NCBI GenBank assembly: GCA_963718235.1
Contig: CAVQYR010000002.1
Span: 320,001 to 384,000 of the forward strand
Source of the DNA: an uncultured Actinomycetota bacterium
GTDB taxonomy: Bacteria > Actinomycetota > Actinomycetes > JAHEKZ01
Direction of reading: 5' to 3'
DNA length: 64,000 bases
The notes under the pieces: model-generated
What the model was told of the DNA's origin: nothing
Seen by the model: the letters and a program-made list of their open reading frames with translations, nothing else
Databases searched by the model: none
Translations under genes and position numbers: made by a program
Shown: positions 62,075 through 64,000 of the stretch, piece by piece
Layout of the letters: the number at the start of each line of letters is the position of its first letter
Position numbering within the stretch: position 1 is the stretch's first letter

Positions 62075-62332
62075 ATGGGTCCGGAATGGGAGCAAGTGGT
62101 CGTGGACGCCGCTGACCCGGTGATGTTGGGCCGGTGGTGGGCTAGCGCTCTCGGATGGGTCGTGCTGAATGACGCGCCGGATGAGTTCGAGATACGGCCG
62201 ACGGCGGATCGGCTGCCCGGCCTGATCTTCGAACCAGTTGGAGAGGCGAAGGGCGGCAAGAACCGGCTCCACTTGGACTTTCGGCCTGACGATCAGCAGG
62301 CCGAAGTCGCGCGCCTCCTGGGCCTCGTCTGA
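62075..62332 (+). pseudogene. Truncated VOC/glyoxalase-family gene
   Basis: VVDAADP..LGRWW...KNRLHLDFRPDDQQAEVARLLGLV*; lacks the usual GA...DPEGNEFC end seen in 21240-21881. Confidence 0.65.
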
Positions 62333-62353
62333 GCCATGACAATGACGAGCCCT

Positions 62354-63415
62354 TCAGTTCGTTGGCATCAGAATCGGACCCCCAACTGAAAGGGTCTCGC
62401 ACATCCGGGACGTTGGGTCACAGGCCAAGAAATCAGAGTCTGTGCTTACCAGCGCGATGTCGCCGTAGGACCACGCGACGTGGGGGTCCGTGCTCTTCGA
62501 TATCCGCCAAAGTTCGGCGTTCTTGGTGTTAACGATTACCGCAAGGTGCTCTTCCCCGGGCTCGACCCCCAGAACATAGGCACCGCTGAAGCTCGGCCGC
62601 CCGACTTCAAGGTCGGCATACGCTTCCCCAGCCCGACCTGGCACTCCCAGCACGAAGGGCAACCCGGGATTGGGACCTGGCACATCCTCTTGCAAGTTTG
62701 TCGAGGTCTTCCCGGTCGCCACGTCGTGGCTATGGGTCCTGTCTCCCGACGGCCCGCCTGCCCAGACGACGCGCACGTCGGAGACACGCAGGAAGCGGTT
62801 ACCCTGGAAGTGCTCAGCGCAGAGGAAGTTGCAGTCGGCGACAGCCTGCGATTGCGTGGTTCGTGAGACTTCACGGCCCTCGGCGGTGTCGTAGATGACT
62901 AACTCGGATCCTTCGAACCAAGCAGCGATGTCGCCGTTCGGGTCTGCTCCGGGGCCTTCCCATGAGTTGTGTCCCACGATGCGGGGGTCGCCGCCCCAGG
63001 GGTGGAACCAGACATCGCCTGTAGCGGGGTCGGAGTACACCGCGCCGGTACGCACCAGCGCCAGTGCACCATCCACGCCAAGCTCGTCCGATTGGCGCAG
63101 CTCTACTGGGGTTTGTTCCACCAGGTCGCCGCGGTGGAGGCCAGCGTCGTCGTACCAGACCGGCACAGCACCGATCTCGAGCCCGGGTGCCGGCTTCATC
63201 GGCTGCGGTGTCGAATCTGCAGTTAGCGTGTTCTGCGCGACCAAGACTGCGAACGCAGCGACCACCACAGCAGCAGCCAGTGTCAGGGTGCGGTTGCGCC
63301 GCTGTGACCGGCGACGGTCCATCAAGGTGCCGTAGTCGAGCACCACATCCGTGGACGTCTCAAAGATCGCCACCGTCTGTTGACCCGCGGCACGGGCACG
63401 CTCCTCAACGCTCAC
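62354..63415 (-). CDS. Single-TM protein with extracytoplasmic beta-rich domain (putative anti-sigma/ECF partner)
   Basis: RRRSQRRNR then TM; overlaps the stop of the ECF sigma gene. Confidence 0.6.
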   Translation of the reverse strand: MSVEERARAAGQQTVAIFETSTDVVLDYGTLMDRRRSQRRNRTLTLAAAVVVAAFAVLVAQNTLTADSTPQPMKPAPGLEIGAVPVWYDDAGLHRGDLVEQTPVELRQSDELGVDGALALVRTGAVYSDPATGDVWFHPWGGDPRIVGHNSWEGPGADPNGDIAAWFEGSELVIYDTAEGREVSRTTQSQAVADCNFLCAEHFQGNRFLRVSDVRVVWAGGPSGDRTHSHDVATGKTSTNLQEDVPGPNPGLPFVLGVPGRAGEAYADLEVGRPSFSGAYVLGVEPGEEHLAVIVNTKNAELWRISKSTDPHVAWSYGDIALVSTDSDFLACDPTSRMCETLSVGGPILMPTN

Positions 63416-63998
63416 TGCTCTGGCCCCTCTCGCTGAGAGTCTCAGCCAGGCTCGCCCGAGCCCGTGACAGATGGGTCTTGGTCGTTCCCTGACTCATCTC
63501 CAATGTCAATGCCACATCAGTGACCGAGAGGTCGTACAGGTAGTGCAGCGCAACCACCTGTGCCTGCCTCCGCGGCAGCGTCCGCACCGCCGACCAGAAC
63601 TCCTCATCAGTCGGCTCCGGCATCGCATGTTCGTGGCGGCGGCCGCGCAGCCGGAGCAGCGCACGTGCCTCAGCCGTCCGGCGCCGCAACTGTGACGTCG
63701 CGATGTTGGCGCACACCCGGCGCACCCACATCGCCGGATCAGTCATCTGGCCGACTTCACGCCACCGCCGATACGCCACCAACATGGCGTCTTGCGCGTG
63801 ATCCTCAGACCCTTCGGGACCGGCCAAAACCCGCGCCAACGCAGCAACCCGCGGGTATTCACGCGCATAGAAGACTTCGAACGACTCGGCCTCACGGATC
63901 CTGGCTGAGCGCCAAGACGAGATCTCAGCAGACGACACAACGTCGGCATCGATACCCTCTCCGGCAGTGCTCACATCCCACTCTCGCTTCAGCCACAC
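63405..63998 (-). CDS. ECF RNA polymerase sigma factor (SigE-like); start uncertain
   Basis: FEVFY, EDHAQDA, WVRRVCAN, LPRRQAQVVALHY, GTTKTHLSRARASL. Confidence 0.9.
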   Translation of the reverse strand: MWLKREWDVSTAGEGIDADVVSSAEISSWRSARIREAESFEVFYAREYPRVAALARVLAGPEGSEDHAQDAMLVAYRRWREVGQMTDPAMWVRRVCANIATSQLRRRTAEARALLRLRGRRHEHAMPEPTDEEFWSAVRTLPRRQAQVVALHYLYDLSVTDVALTLEMSQGTTKTHLSRARASLAETLSERGQSSER

Positions 63999-64000
63999 CC

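Overview
High-GC actinobacterial chromosome segment. It follows the conserved backbone ispH(3' end)-DUF6542-rmuC-ychF ... sdh ... typA-opp(bldK-like)-S9 peptidase-mshB, interrupted by accessory blocks. (1) A glycan-modification island: FkbM methyltransferase, GT4 and three sulfotransferase-like proteins. (2) A secreted subtilase with a 17x W-x-G-x-S pentapeptide tail, immediately upstream of a membrane GAF-GGDEF-EAL gene. (3) An ~18 kb chemosensory-like locus: FtsH paralog, cheW, four chemoreceptors, a sortase-anchored DUF11 adhesin, a CheA-REC hybrid and a REC-GAF protein, with no cheR/cheB in the window. The four receptors carry diverged but related multi-TM sensor domains on near nucleotide-identical, strongly G/T-skewed signalling cassettes (GRINS-like, with a four-haplotype SNP pattern suggesting gene conversion). 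Four genes of the locus are preceded by sigma28/WhiG-like promoters, three with a shared GGCCGAWCGGGC box. (4) An IS110 element with a candidate bridge-RNA region, and an ECF sigma/anti-sigma pair. At least five frameshifts, all +1, suggest systematic consensus errors, so apparent fusions and pseudogenes need caution. No rRNA, tRNA or CRISPR array was recognised.
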